This document shows, piece after piece, positions 11,218 to 22,248 of a DNA stretch of 64,000 nt; position 1 is the stretch's first letter, and the number at the start of each line of letters is the position of its first letter. A model generated the notes under the pieces. It worked only from the letters and a program-made list of their open reading frames with translations. It did no database searches and had not been told where the DNA came from. Source of the DNA: Podarcis liolepis (Eukaryota); NCBI GenBank assembly GCA_965112155.1, contig OZ218104.1, one strand, 5' to 3'. The position numbers were made by a program, and so were the translations under genes.

Positions 11218-11249
11218 TCTATCTAGCTACCGAGATAGCTATGTAGTTT

Positions 11250-11430
11250 ATATACCGCCCTTCATCACAATATCTCAGGGCAGTTCACAATATAAAAATA
11301 CAAGGTAAAAGCACACACAAATAGTTAAAATGAAAACAACAAAACAATAAGCCCCCTCTCACAAACACATTTAAAAGGCTGTAGAATATTAATCAGCCAA
11401 AGGCCTGGTTGAAGCGGAACGTTATCTCTT
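11250..11430 (-). mobile_element. L2-type LINE 3' end
   Basis: TATATACCGCCC...CTCAGGGCAGTTCACA terminus followed by AAAGGCCTGGTTGAAG, as in the L2 at 63470-63955. Confidence 0.55.
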
Positions 11431-11833
11431 GGCCCACTAGCCACAATGGACCGTCTCTATCTGTGTGGAATGCACAGCAACGATGATAGGAAATCAGAAT
11501 GTTTTATAAATGGATGTAAGAAAAGGAAACCGTTCTGAGGAATCCCAGCAGATAAACTGAATTTCAGAGCACCAGTCAATTTGAGTGCAGGTGTTCTAAG
11601 GGCTGCATGAAGTTAAATGAAGTTTTCGCACTTTCCTCTTGTTGCACCATTTGACAAAAAAATTGCCACAGGAAATATGGCATGCTGAACTTTCCCTGCA
11701 TGCAAGTTGGGTCAGTGAGTAACGACTCATTTCTGGTAAACAATTGGATGTCCTTTTCCCTGTCTCACTTTGCTCTGAGTCAGAAGACAAACCTCAAGCA
11801 AAGAGATGATGAGACTCAAAGGTGACTGGAGCA

Positions 11834-12420
11834 GAGATGGGCAAATCTGCCTCTTTCATATATCTCCCATAACTCTGTTCTGTTCCATTTCCACACTAAT
11901 CTGAGAATTAAAACAAATACTCCCCATAAAAATATTTAAAGTGCAGGGATGAGGGAAACTGGCAATTGGGTTTCTCTTGATTTCTCATTTTTTCCATTTT
12001 ATGTTCAGTTCTCCATTTTTCCACATCAGCTTGCAATTTTTTTAAGTCCTCATGAAAATGCATCAGCATTTTAATCAAATTTCTCCCAATTTACACATAT
12101 TTGTATGTGCATATGCAATTTTCCCTAATATACACATTTTCCTATTATAATGCATATTTGTATGTCATTTTCACAGATACAATCTATGCATTTTTAAACC
12201 ACTTTCCAGTTTCGTTGCCATCAAGCAGGTGTGAACTGCTTTGATTTTCTTTTTTTAAAAAGAAGCATAAATCTTATGGACACTTTAGTTGGCTGGAAAA
12301 GTGCATTGCAAAATTCACAAAAGGTTCTGATTCTTGTTTCGGTTCTTGTTGTTTTGCAAAATGTGAATTATATTGTTTGCCTATAAGTGACAACTGAACT
12401 GAATTTATCCCCCATCCTTA
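11834..12420. mobile_element. Old AT-rich hAT MITE family copy, compound or rearranged
   Basis: Reverse-orientation match to the TAGGGATG-terminated family at 21282-21720, 21874-22248 and 33963-34629. Confidence 0.6.
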
Positions 12421-13060
12421 AGTATATATTTACATGTCCATTTTGATACATTTCCTGACACCCGCAAAGTTCTTGAGCTTTTTTTTTAGGAGGATCCCAA
12501 AATTGTCGAGCCTTTTTTGGGAACAAACCCAAATTGTTCAGACCTCCCACAGCTTTTGGAGCTGTTTCCGCCATACATCCAGGTTTTCCCTGACATTTTG
12601 CCAGTTCAGCAAAAATTCCCCCCATGCCATTTTTACACTCGAAAACCAGGACGTGTCAGGAATTTTCCTGATGTATGGCAAGCCTACATCTAAACTGACC
12701 AGAGCTGTGTCACACATTCGCAGAAACATAAAATTTAGCTAGACAGTGTCTGGTATACTAGACAGAACCTGGTTCTGGATCAGGTGCAAATCAGCTTGTT
12801 GTGTACAAAAAAATCACAACGATTCAACTCCTTAAGCATCTTTAGAGTCAATCCTCCACCCCACCACTGCCTCTTATCTTCTGCCTGACCAAGGGATGGG
12901 GGAGAAATCTGGTTTGTTTGACATCTTAATGTAAATCTACCTAATTCACTCTTCCCAAAACATTGCAGCTATCCTTCAAAATTCACACTTGTGTCAGTTT
13001 TGTGATACTGTTCTCCAGTCCAAAAAGTGCACATTTGAAGAAAGTATGCATGTAAATGTA

Positions 13061-13407
13061 CCATAGATTCTGGTGTATTAGGCAACTGAGCATATTAGAC
13101 GACCCCCCAAATTAGCAGCTGCAATTTGGGGGTTTGTCTTATTAGCCCAGTCCCCTAATACGCTGGGCAGCTCCGCGCCGGGAGAAAACCGCCCTTCTGA
13201 AGCAGTGGTGGGGGGCTCCGCTCCGGGCAGCTTTCTCCCGGCGCAGAGCAGAGCCAGCCGCCCACTGCTGATGCTTCGGAGCTGCCGCATCAGCAGTGGG
13301 GGGCGGGCTCCACTCTGAACCGCCCATTCCTGGCGTATAAGATGACCCCCGACTTTTTAACCTCTTTTTCAGGGTTAAAAAGTCATCTTGTACACCAGAA
13401 TCTATGG
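13061..13407. mobile_element. Tc1/mariner (Tc2/pogo-like) MITE nested in an AT-rich hAT MITE
   Basis: Perfect 17-bp TIR CCATAGATTCTGGTGTA / TACACCAGAATCTATGG, TA on both flanks, internal TATAAGATGACCCCC repeats and a CpG-rich core. Confidence 0.85.
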
Positions 13408-13614
13408 TATATATGTTAATAAAAATAGCATACAAAAATGCATTACATTGGGGGGAAAGGCTTGCAAAAATGTGTTTATCGTGCAAAAATGAAACATGCA
13501 TATTATGTGAAATGTGCACTAAAATGCTGATAAATTATCACAAAGAGGGTCTGTTGTGGGGGGATTGAGAAATGTCCCTATTTTCATCTGAGGAATGAAT
13601 ATTGGAGGGCACGC

Positions 13615-14450
13615 ATGCCAGCCTGAATAGAGAGGCAAGGCTTTATATGGTATGGCATGAAATGTGAAACTAGGAGTGAAGCAGAAGTAAGGTCTGCATT
13701 CGTGAGTTCCATAGGGCTGTGTAAAGTCACTTTTAGACAATAAGAGAGCTACTATTAATCTACCGCAGTCTCTGGCATTCATTAAATATGGTGCCAGAAG
13801 TCACAGAGGATCGAGGGAGGAAGAAAGGCTCTGGCATAGCTCAAAGGAATGAGACCTAAAATGGAATGAGTCTCTGCACCAGTGGCATTCAATTTTGACA
13901 GGCCTGCTGGATGGCGAGAATGGATGCAGACAGTACAGAAGATGGAGAAATCCAAGCAGGTTCCCAAATTTATGCCTCGAGACCACAAGCAGAACAGATA
14001 CTTAAATATTTTGTACTCACTTTTGTACTTGTGTTTTGTACTTGCATGGAGGTGCTTTTACCTTATGCTGGTTATGACCGTAATAAAGATTTGGATTGGA
14101 TTGTACTTGCTGGTGGAATGGGACATTGCAGTTCCCCTGCAATGAGTATTTTGTGCCACAGAAGAACCTTATTCATGAAAGGACCTGCTTTCACCAAAGG
14201 ATTCAGAGACCATGAGGAATCTGCTGAGACCGATAAAAGATCACTGCATGAGAAAGCCAATGGCAGTGAGTTTGGAGGCAAACGGGGAGAGGGCATTCTA
14301 GAAAAAGATTGTGATGGAGTCTGGAGATGGAAAGTAACCTCACTTTGGGAGAAGCAGTGCGGAGAATAAGAAACTCAGAACGGATCAAAGGCCAGGTTCA
14401 AAACCAGGAGAGAGAGAGAACCAAGAGAAAATCAGAGAGCAGGACAAATT
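13615..14450 (+). mobile_element. Decayed Ty3/Gypsy LTR retrotransposon: 3' part of 5' LTR, PBS and gag
   Basis: PBS-like TGGTGCCAGAAGT at 13789-13801 (tRNA-Leu type). ATG at 13861 then ME*VSAPVAFNFDRPAGWREWMQ, EDGEIQAGSQIYA, NEYFVPQKNLIHERTCFHQRIQRP, RSLHEKANGSEFG and GILEKD..LEMESNLTLGEAV across frameshifts, all characteristic vertebrate Gypsy gag blocks. The LTR start is approximate. Confidence 0.78.
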
Positions 14451-16081
14451 GGACAAATCAGGAAACAAGAGAGATTGGGTAAATTAGTTCTTTCCTTTGC
14501 TTCTCTTTTGCTGATTGGCTACAGCCATTTCAGGAATAAACCATGGAGAGAGCAGGGGGGGAGTAGGTGAATCCCGCATTTAAAATCTTTCCATAGGAAA
14601 CAATGGAAATCATGGACTCATTATGTGAACACTCACCTAGCAAACAATTTCTAGGGAGCACATTGTGTTCATAGAGCAGACCTGTGTCCAGAGGCTTTTT
14701 AACTAAGTGGATGTATTGGTCTGCTGTACAAAAGGACCAAATTAACCCTCTGTATACCTATGTGTAGAATCACAGAACTGTAGAGTTGGAAGGGACCCTG
14801 AGGGTCATGTAGCCCATCCCCCTGAAATGCACCCCTTGGTGGGCTTCAACCACTAACCTTCTGTGCCAGACACACTGACCCATTGCACTACAGGAGCAAA
14901 TGGGAATTCAAATTTGAGGTAGCCATGGTGAATGTTCTGACAGCGCAGTCTTGATTTCAAATTAGTTAATCCAGAACAAGTTTTGTTTTTGATTCTGCCC
15001 ACACTGCCAACATCTGGCCATGGCAGATCAACCCTGATACAGCCCATCAACAGGAAAAGGGTTGCCCACTCCTTCCTTAGTTATTTGCACAGCGCATAAT
15101 TAACTGCTGGAACTCACTATCACAAGATGTCCACCAGTGCACGATAAACATATATGCCTGAACCACATCTTAAGTGCCTTGTGACTATTATAATATATAT
15201 TATAATAATATAATTAAGTACTGTTATGAAAATCCTGCAATGGTATGTAATTTACTTTTTTCAGTAATTCTTCATTCTCTCCCTTGCTCCTTCCCACTCT
15301 GTCTCCGATTTCTTATTTATTTCCTCCTTCCCTTTTTTCTTTCTGTTCCTCCTTCCACCTTGCCTTCCTCCCTCCCCATCTCAATTGTAAGGTCAAAACC
15401 TCTCTTTAATCTAATCTGATCTCTACACTTAATTCCAGTGCTTTGCGCAAAACACTCTGTACCAACTCCCTGCACATTGCCAGCGTTCCTCCCGGCTTTG
15501 ATGCAAATGAAAAAGGGATTAAAAACCCACATTCCTTTGAGGGAGAATTAACTCCCACCTCCTCCCTCAGCAATCTCTACCCACATGGATTTGGCTCTGG
15601 ATTTCCGTGAAGAACAGGAAGGTATACGTGAAATTACGTCTGGGAATGTGTCAGCAAATTTGCACCAGGGCATTTGGGAAATAGGTAAAGGTTCCTGCCT
15701 GGTTTTTGCACGTAGTCACATCTAGCAGTGGCAGGAGTTGTCGGAGCCAAAGCACTATGGGAGGGCCCACCTGACACCCTGGACCCTGTTTTTCATTACA
15801 TTCAACTGCATTTTAACCTTTTTCTCCCTGATGCATCTACAAGTGGCTTCAGATCACTATTGTGAATTTTCCCCCAGTGCCCCATACATTATATTATTAA
15901 AGAGTACCATGTGGGGGGCTTCTATGTTTGGGGGGGAAGCCACTCCCCACCTTTTTTACTCTACAGTGACACAGCTTCTGAAGCATTTCAGGTCAACTCC
16001 AACATGGTGGTTAGAAGTTGCTCAGTGAAGATGTTTCTTTGTTTTGTTTTGTATTGTCATAAGGCTTAAGTTTGAAAGATA

Positions 16082-16640
16082 CGTTGATAGCCTTAACCTC
16101 CATGATTTTGTCTAATCCCCTTTTAAAGGCATCGAAATTGGTGGCCTTCACAACATCCTGTGAGAGCCATTTCCACAACTTAACTATACACTGAATAAAG
16201 TGTATAGTTTCTGTTTGTCTATCCTGAATCTTCCAACATTCAGCTTCACTGGGGAGCCCTGAATTCTGATACTCTGAAAGTGGGGGTGGGGGACATTTTT
16301 CTATCCCCTTCTTCTTTAATACCATATTAAAAAATAATAATAATACCTGAGTCATATACCCCTTTACCTATATTTTCCCCAGCCTAAAAAGCTTCAACAG
16401 GTTTAATCTTCCCCAATATGGGAACTGCTCCATCCCCTTGATCAATTTGGTACCTTTTTCCTAGCACTACAATATTCCTTTTTTAGGTGGGCGTCCAGAA
16501 CTGCCCGCAGTATTTCAAGTATGGTTGCAAAGTTGATTGGTATTTGTGTTGGCATTTTTGTGCTCAGTCCCTTTCCTGCTGATTCCTAGCATGGAATCTG
16601 CCCCTGCCAACACACATACAGCTGCTGCACACTGACATTC
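16082..16640 (-). mobile_element. Old CR1 LINE fragment
   Basis: Minus-strand translation VKLWKWLSQDVVKATNFDAFKRGLDKIME matches the CR1 ORF2 C-terminus. Confidence 0.75.
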
Positions 16641-17850
16641 AAATAAAACTTTTGCGAGGGGCTATGTCAAATCCTTGTCTGAGTTGCCATCTCCCCCATC
16701 TGGTGGCAATGAATTCCATAGACTGCATGGTATGGCAAAGATACAGGGGTGGGAGACTTTGCCCTAAGAAAACAACCCATCATTATTTAGCTCTCTCTTT
16801 CTTTGTTTTCCCCAACGGAGAAGAAAGCAAGCCACATGTAAACGATTCCTGCCAAAACTGCTGAGCAATCTCTTCCAACAATGAGTAAGAAGGAGGAGTG
16901 GAGTTCTGGAGAAGAACAACTTGCGGGTGTTTCTAAGGATACACAGCAGCTTGCCATGAAAAGGAACGCCACGCTGACAAAGTGGGCCTTTGCCTGTGTA
17001 GATTTGCGAGGACGCTCCGTCTTTTCACTGTGGGAGAAAGCAAACAACAACAATCTCCTGGAAATCTCCCAGGCACTCCACCCGCCCCAAGCGTGCATCT
17101 GTTTGAACATGCATTGGGCTCCTGTCTCTGGAGGAAAGGCTGATGTACTGAGCAGTCCCAGGGAAGCGTTATGTAAGATGATGTTTGGCGCAGCAGAAAC
17201 CCCTCGGGCAACTGATTAGGCAAGAGACGCAAAATTAAGAGCATCAGTGTTGCGGTGCCTTTATGCAAATCTCGTGGGCAACAGCCACACTTTAAGGAAT
17301 AAGGAAGCTTACACAGAGTCAGACCCTTTCCCCTTCTTGCCCAGGATTATCTACATCAGGGATGGGCAGCCCAGATCTTCGTCTCCCCACCAGGCCAGAT
17401 TTTGAGTTGGTGCTTAGGGGTGGGGAGGGAGATAAGTCAGTCTGACTTGCTGCAGGGTTCAGGCACACTAGCCATATCTCAGCAGGAACTCACACCTGTC
17501 TGAACCATGCAATCATGTCTCTTCCTGCTCCACACCTGACATCAGGTGTGGGGTAATTGGGCATAGTTTCAGGAAAGTAGCCTCACGGGCCAAATGGGGA
17601 GGGTCGGCAGGCCAACTTTGGCCCACAAGGTGGATATTCTTCTCCCCTGGTCTATGTCGACTGGCAGCAGCTCTCCAGGGCTTTAGACAGGAATCTTTCC
17701 CTGCCCTGCCTGGAGATGCCCAGGACCCTCTGCCTGCAAAGTAAGGCCTCTGCCACTGAGCTATGGGCCTCCGGTGTGCACTTGGAATAGTGTTTATAGT
17801 TCTGGTCACCCATCTCAAAAAAAGATACTGAAGAGCAGGAAAATGGTCAG

Positions 17851-17851
<1 letters not shown>

Positions 17852-17890
<39 letters not shown>
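17852..17890. repeat. (GT)n microsatellite
   Basis: Directly visible. Confidence 0.95.
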
Positions 17891-17892
<2 letters not shown>

Positions 17893-17920
17893 AAGTTTCT
17901 AGTTATTTTGGTTACCAATA

Positions 17921-18148
17921 CAGTGGTACCTCAGGTTACATACGATTCAGGTTACAGACTCCGCTAACCCAGAAATAGTGCTTCAGGTTAAGAACTTTGC
18001 TTTAATGATGAGAACAGAAATTGTGCTCTGACGGTGCGGTGGCAGCAGGAGGCCCCATTAGCTAAAGAGGTGCTTCAGGTTAAGAACAGTTTCAGGTTAA
18101 GAATGGACCTCCGGAACAAATTAAGTACTTAACCCAAGGTACCACTTG
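17921..18148 (+). mobile_element. Tigger/pogo-like MITE
   Basis: TIR CAGTGGTACCTC.GGTTA, TA flanks and internal TTCAGGTTA repeats. Five related copies occur elsewhere in the window. Confidence 0.88.
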
Positions 18149-20015
18149 TATAGGCTTTGCAAGTGTGTGGGAAATGGCTGACGAAATATCAAAAGATTTA
18201 ATTATATATTTGGTTTGTGAAGTGAAGCTAAAGGTTAGGGTTCAGTGCCCACCATAGCATCTTGCCTTCATCCCCTGGCTGAAGAGGAATACTGGGATTC
18301 ATTTTTTAATTAAAAAAAAAAGAACCGTGAAGATATTTATTCCTTTATTAATTTATTTTGTAAAATACAGAATTAATGTTTCCAAGACAGTTAACATTTT
18401 CAGAACGCATTTGGCAAATGAAAATAAATGATACAAATTTGCTCCGATTGTGTAAAGTAGGCAACACAGTGATCAAATTTTGCCAAGTAAGAGAACCTGA
18501 GCAAAGCTGCCCAGTTTGCATAATGGATATAGGGGAAAAGATTTATTTATTTTCTAAGCATTTGTAAGTATTTGCACAACCCCCGTTTGAGGTTACATGG
18601 TGAAATATGCAGGGAATTTTCATAATCGTGAGTTTCATATAACTGTGGTTTGCATAATGCAATTCAATCAGCTGTGCCTTCCAGAGGACCATCTAGTCTG
18701 GGGTTCATCAGTGAATTTCTGTGCCCCAAACACATTACTGGTTCCAAGTATATAGTCAAGCATGCAGGCAGGGGAGTAATGTGGATTGCTATGGCTTTCT
18801 TCGGGGGTTCCCGCCACCCAGTGGACCTAGAGATAGCTTGCTGGCATATATGAAAGAGATAAAATCTCAGAACAGTGTAATTAGGATGCAAGAGAACAGG
18901 GAGTTGCTTTGGGGCAAGAGAGAGTTTCATAATACACAGTGGAAAATGACTGCAGTGGGGGTGGGGAAGCTGGGGCAAATCCAAGGTTAAAGGGAAATAG
19001 ATTTGTATCCTGCACTTTCCAGATGAGTAGGGAGTTTGAGGGCAGTCAGTTCACAGCAAGGGTGGGTGGTCAGACTCCAAGCTTGAACAAAGCACTCAGA
19101 GGCCGCCTACATACTGTCTGCATTTTGCAGGAGGAAATCAAGTGCATACAGGGAAAATTTAGGCTTACGTAACTGGAGCGGATTAAGGTGCCCTGTTGCC
19201 CTTGTGCAAGAAACCCACTTTGGAAAAAGAAACAGGCCTTTTTTGCAGTTAGGAAAGTGACAGGGAAATGTATGGGACGGACAAATGACTAACGGGAAGC
19301 AAAACAGGAGGAGTGCAGGATAAGTGCTCATTATCATTTAACTGCCCTGCAAACAAATCACAATAGATGCTTGACAAAGTCAAGATATAATCTGACTTCT
19401 GTGCAAGTTCTGTGTGAGGAAATTAGGGTGGCTGCTAAATTAGCAGGTCATCTGGAGAAGGCCAGAGGTGTTTCCCCTCCACCCAGCCAGAGGAGTCCTA
19501 AGGTCCACCAGCGAGAGTCAAGTTCAAAATAGTGACTGGAATTGGGGAGCCAGGCCCAAAAATGGTGGATCAGAGGGAAGTGTGTTACCTATAGCACCCC
19601 ATGAGCCACATGCTGCAATTATGTGCATATATAAAGTATAAATTTGCAGCTAGGGGAGCAATCGTCTGCACAGGAGGTTGGTACTAAGCAAGCTGGTATA
19701 AGTTAAGACAGCAAAATGTTGCACCAGATCTAAACCCTCTCTCTCTCTGGTCCTCCCTCTGCCATGCCCCCATCAGGGGCGTTCCAGGGGGGGGCAGGGG
19801 GCAGTCCACCCCAGGTACCATTCCAAGTGGGGGTGAAAAAATGCCAGGCCCCAATCAGCAGCACCCCCGGGACACACGCCAGGCCCCCTGGGACGTGTGC
19901 CGCTCTGAGTACTGGAGCACATTGCTTCACCTCTGGCCCCCATAACATCCCTTTTTTGAAACTTACACTGTCCTTGGCTCAGCCACCTTTAGCTCAGCAG
20001 GATGAGCAAGTTATA

Positions 20016-20257
20016 CAGTGGTACCTTGGGTTACAGACGCTTCAGGTTACAAACACTTCAGGTTACAAACTCCACTAACCCGGAAGTAGTACCTCAGGTT
20101 AAGAACTTTGCCCCAGGATGAGAACAGAAATCGTGCGCCGGTGGCGTGGTGGCAGTGGGAGGCCCCATTAGCTAAAGTGGTACCTCAGGTTAAGAATGGT
20201 TTCAGGTTAAGAACGGACCTCCAGAACAAATTAAGTTCGTAACCTGAGGTACCACTG
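20016..20257 (+). mobile_element. Tigger/pogo-like MITE
   Basis: Same family, both TIRs and TA TSD intact. Confidence 0.9.
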
Positions 20258-21212
20258 TACTGGTGTATTTCTGGCTGAGCCAAGGCTGGGGTGCCGCCTG
20301 AGCCCTTCAAGCAGAGGACTGTCATCTGTGAAAGTAGAAAACAAGGCTGGCATCATAAAACCTGGTTGTATGCCACAAACAGAGTAGGTGACGGACCATT
20401 GAAATGGAGATAGTTTGGGTGGGAATAGGATGAGCTCTCTCATTGACACCATGGCTAGACCTTTCCCCTCAGGCACTGGGTTGCCAGCCAATCAGGGTGG
20501 GGTGGGGAACTGGCGGGGCTTGCATCCTATTGGCAGAAACCACCGTGATGGCTATGCATGACAATGCAGCTAACGTTTGAAAATCTTAAAACTGAGGACC
20601 AGGAGATGATAAAAGATAGAAACATAGCAAGCCGGTCCATTGTAGCTCAGTATTATCAACAATGACTGGCAGTGCTTCTCCAGGATTTCAGACAAGGGTC
20701 TCTCCCAGCCTTACCTAGTGCTGCCAGGGATTGAAACGGGGACCTTCTGCATGCAAAACATGTCCTCCACGACTCAGCCTAAGCCCAGGCCCATCCTTGA
20801 AGACTCAGAATTCATCCCGGAAAAACAATGTTGTTAAAATCCTGCCTAGCATTAAGAACTAAGGGTGTGTTCAACTTTGGCTCACTTGGAGAAGCCAATA
20901 ACTGGCAGTACAGGCAGAATGAACACACGCCCTTCTTGCCTCAAAGGCGAGAGGATGAGAAGGAAGAAGAAAAGACATGGTCTTCATCCCACGCTCCACT
21001 GTGGAACAAACAGGCTGGGCTGGGCCACAAAGGGAACCGGCATCCTTAATTAAGCACTCTTTAATTAAGGAAAGAATTCTAGCATCAACTGAAACTTGGG
21101 ACTGTTAGTTGAGTTGTCCTCTACCACCTCTCAGGGAGGCAAGGTGGTGGTGACTCACAAGGAGAATAAACTTTTGCCAGAGTGTCTGAAACTCAGCCAA
21201 AATTGTTTTGTT

Positions 21213-21214
21213 GA

Positions 21215-21266
<52 letters not shown>

Positions 21267-21268
21267 AA
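21213..21268. repeat. (GAAA)n microsatellite
   Basis: Directly visible. Confidence 0.95.
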
Positions 21269-21281
21269 ACTCAGTGGCAAG

Positions 21282-21720
21282 TAGGGATAAGTAAGAAATT
21301 CAATTCAGTCCACAATTAAAGGTGAACCTACCAGATCTGTACTTTCTGAAACAAGACAATATAGTCATCCTTCCAAATTAGCATTTCTCCGAAATTTGCC
21401 TTGTAGTTCTCTAGCCAAGCAGTGTGTACAAAATGCATATACTGGGGTAGTGTGTGAATAAGAATGTATATAGCAATGAGGATTGTAGACAGAAATGCAT
21501 TACCCTGGGGAAATTTGCATTGCAAAATTTGTAGTTTAGGCAAAATCAGATACCAAAAGAATGTACCTGTTAGGAGAAATTCTCTATAAAATGCTGGCAA
21601 ATTTTCATGACGCCTTTAAAAAATGATTCTCAAACTAATGTGGAAATGTGGAGAACTGAACTTGAGGCTGGAACTTGAGAAACAAAGAGAAGCTGAAATT
21701 GTTGGATTTGTCTATCGCTA
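21282..21720. mobile_element. Old AT-rich non-autonomous hAT element
   Basis: TAGGGATA...TATCGCTA termini; internally similar to 21874-22248 and 33963-34629. Confidence 0.65.
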
Positions 21721-21873
21721 GAGACAATTAAAAAAATGTTTTAAAATGACATATTTTCAAAATTCTAATCAGAAATCTGAATTTTTCAAATGCAGTTTTT
21801 GAGAATCACTTTTAAAATAAGACTCTCACCCTTATCAAGCAAGACTTGCCTTTATGTAGGAGGAGTCTTCCAC

Positions 21874-22248
21874 TAGGGATAGAGAAGTTCAATTTAAAAC
21901 ACATCCATCCATTGAAATTTTTGCTCTTCTCTGAATTTTGTAATGTACTACTCTGGCCAAGTAATTTGTACCAAACTAGCATATGCTAGGCTAAATGCAT
22001 ATATTCATGAAATAGCATATAAAAATGCATTATATAAGAGGAAAGTATGTGCAAAAATGTATATATTAGTCCAAACTGCTACAAATGCATGTTTATTAGG
22101 AGAAATTCACACTAAAATGCAGATGAATTTTCATGAGGATTATTTTAACTAAAATGTACAAATTGCTACAGATATATGGAAAACTGAATTTAAGATTGGA
22201 AATATGAGATACTGAGAGAGCCAAAATTGGCAGATCCCTCCATTCCTA
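21874..22248. mobile_element. Old AT-rich non-autonomous hAT element with 8-bp TSD
   Basis: TAGGGAT...ATTCCTA termini flanked by TCTTCCAC / CCTTCCAC (8-bp TSD, one mismatch). Confidence 0.72.

Noticed and set aside
13911-14369. 152-aa ORF as a domesticated gag gene
   Set aside because: It wanders in and out of the gag frame and reads through an inserted retroposon tail; it is a decayed relic.
17921-18148. Regularly spaced TTCAGGTTA repeats as a CRISPR-like array
   Set aside because: Eukaryotic DNA; these are subterminal repeats of a MITE whose spacers are shared between copies.
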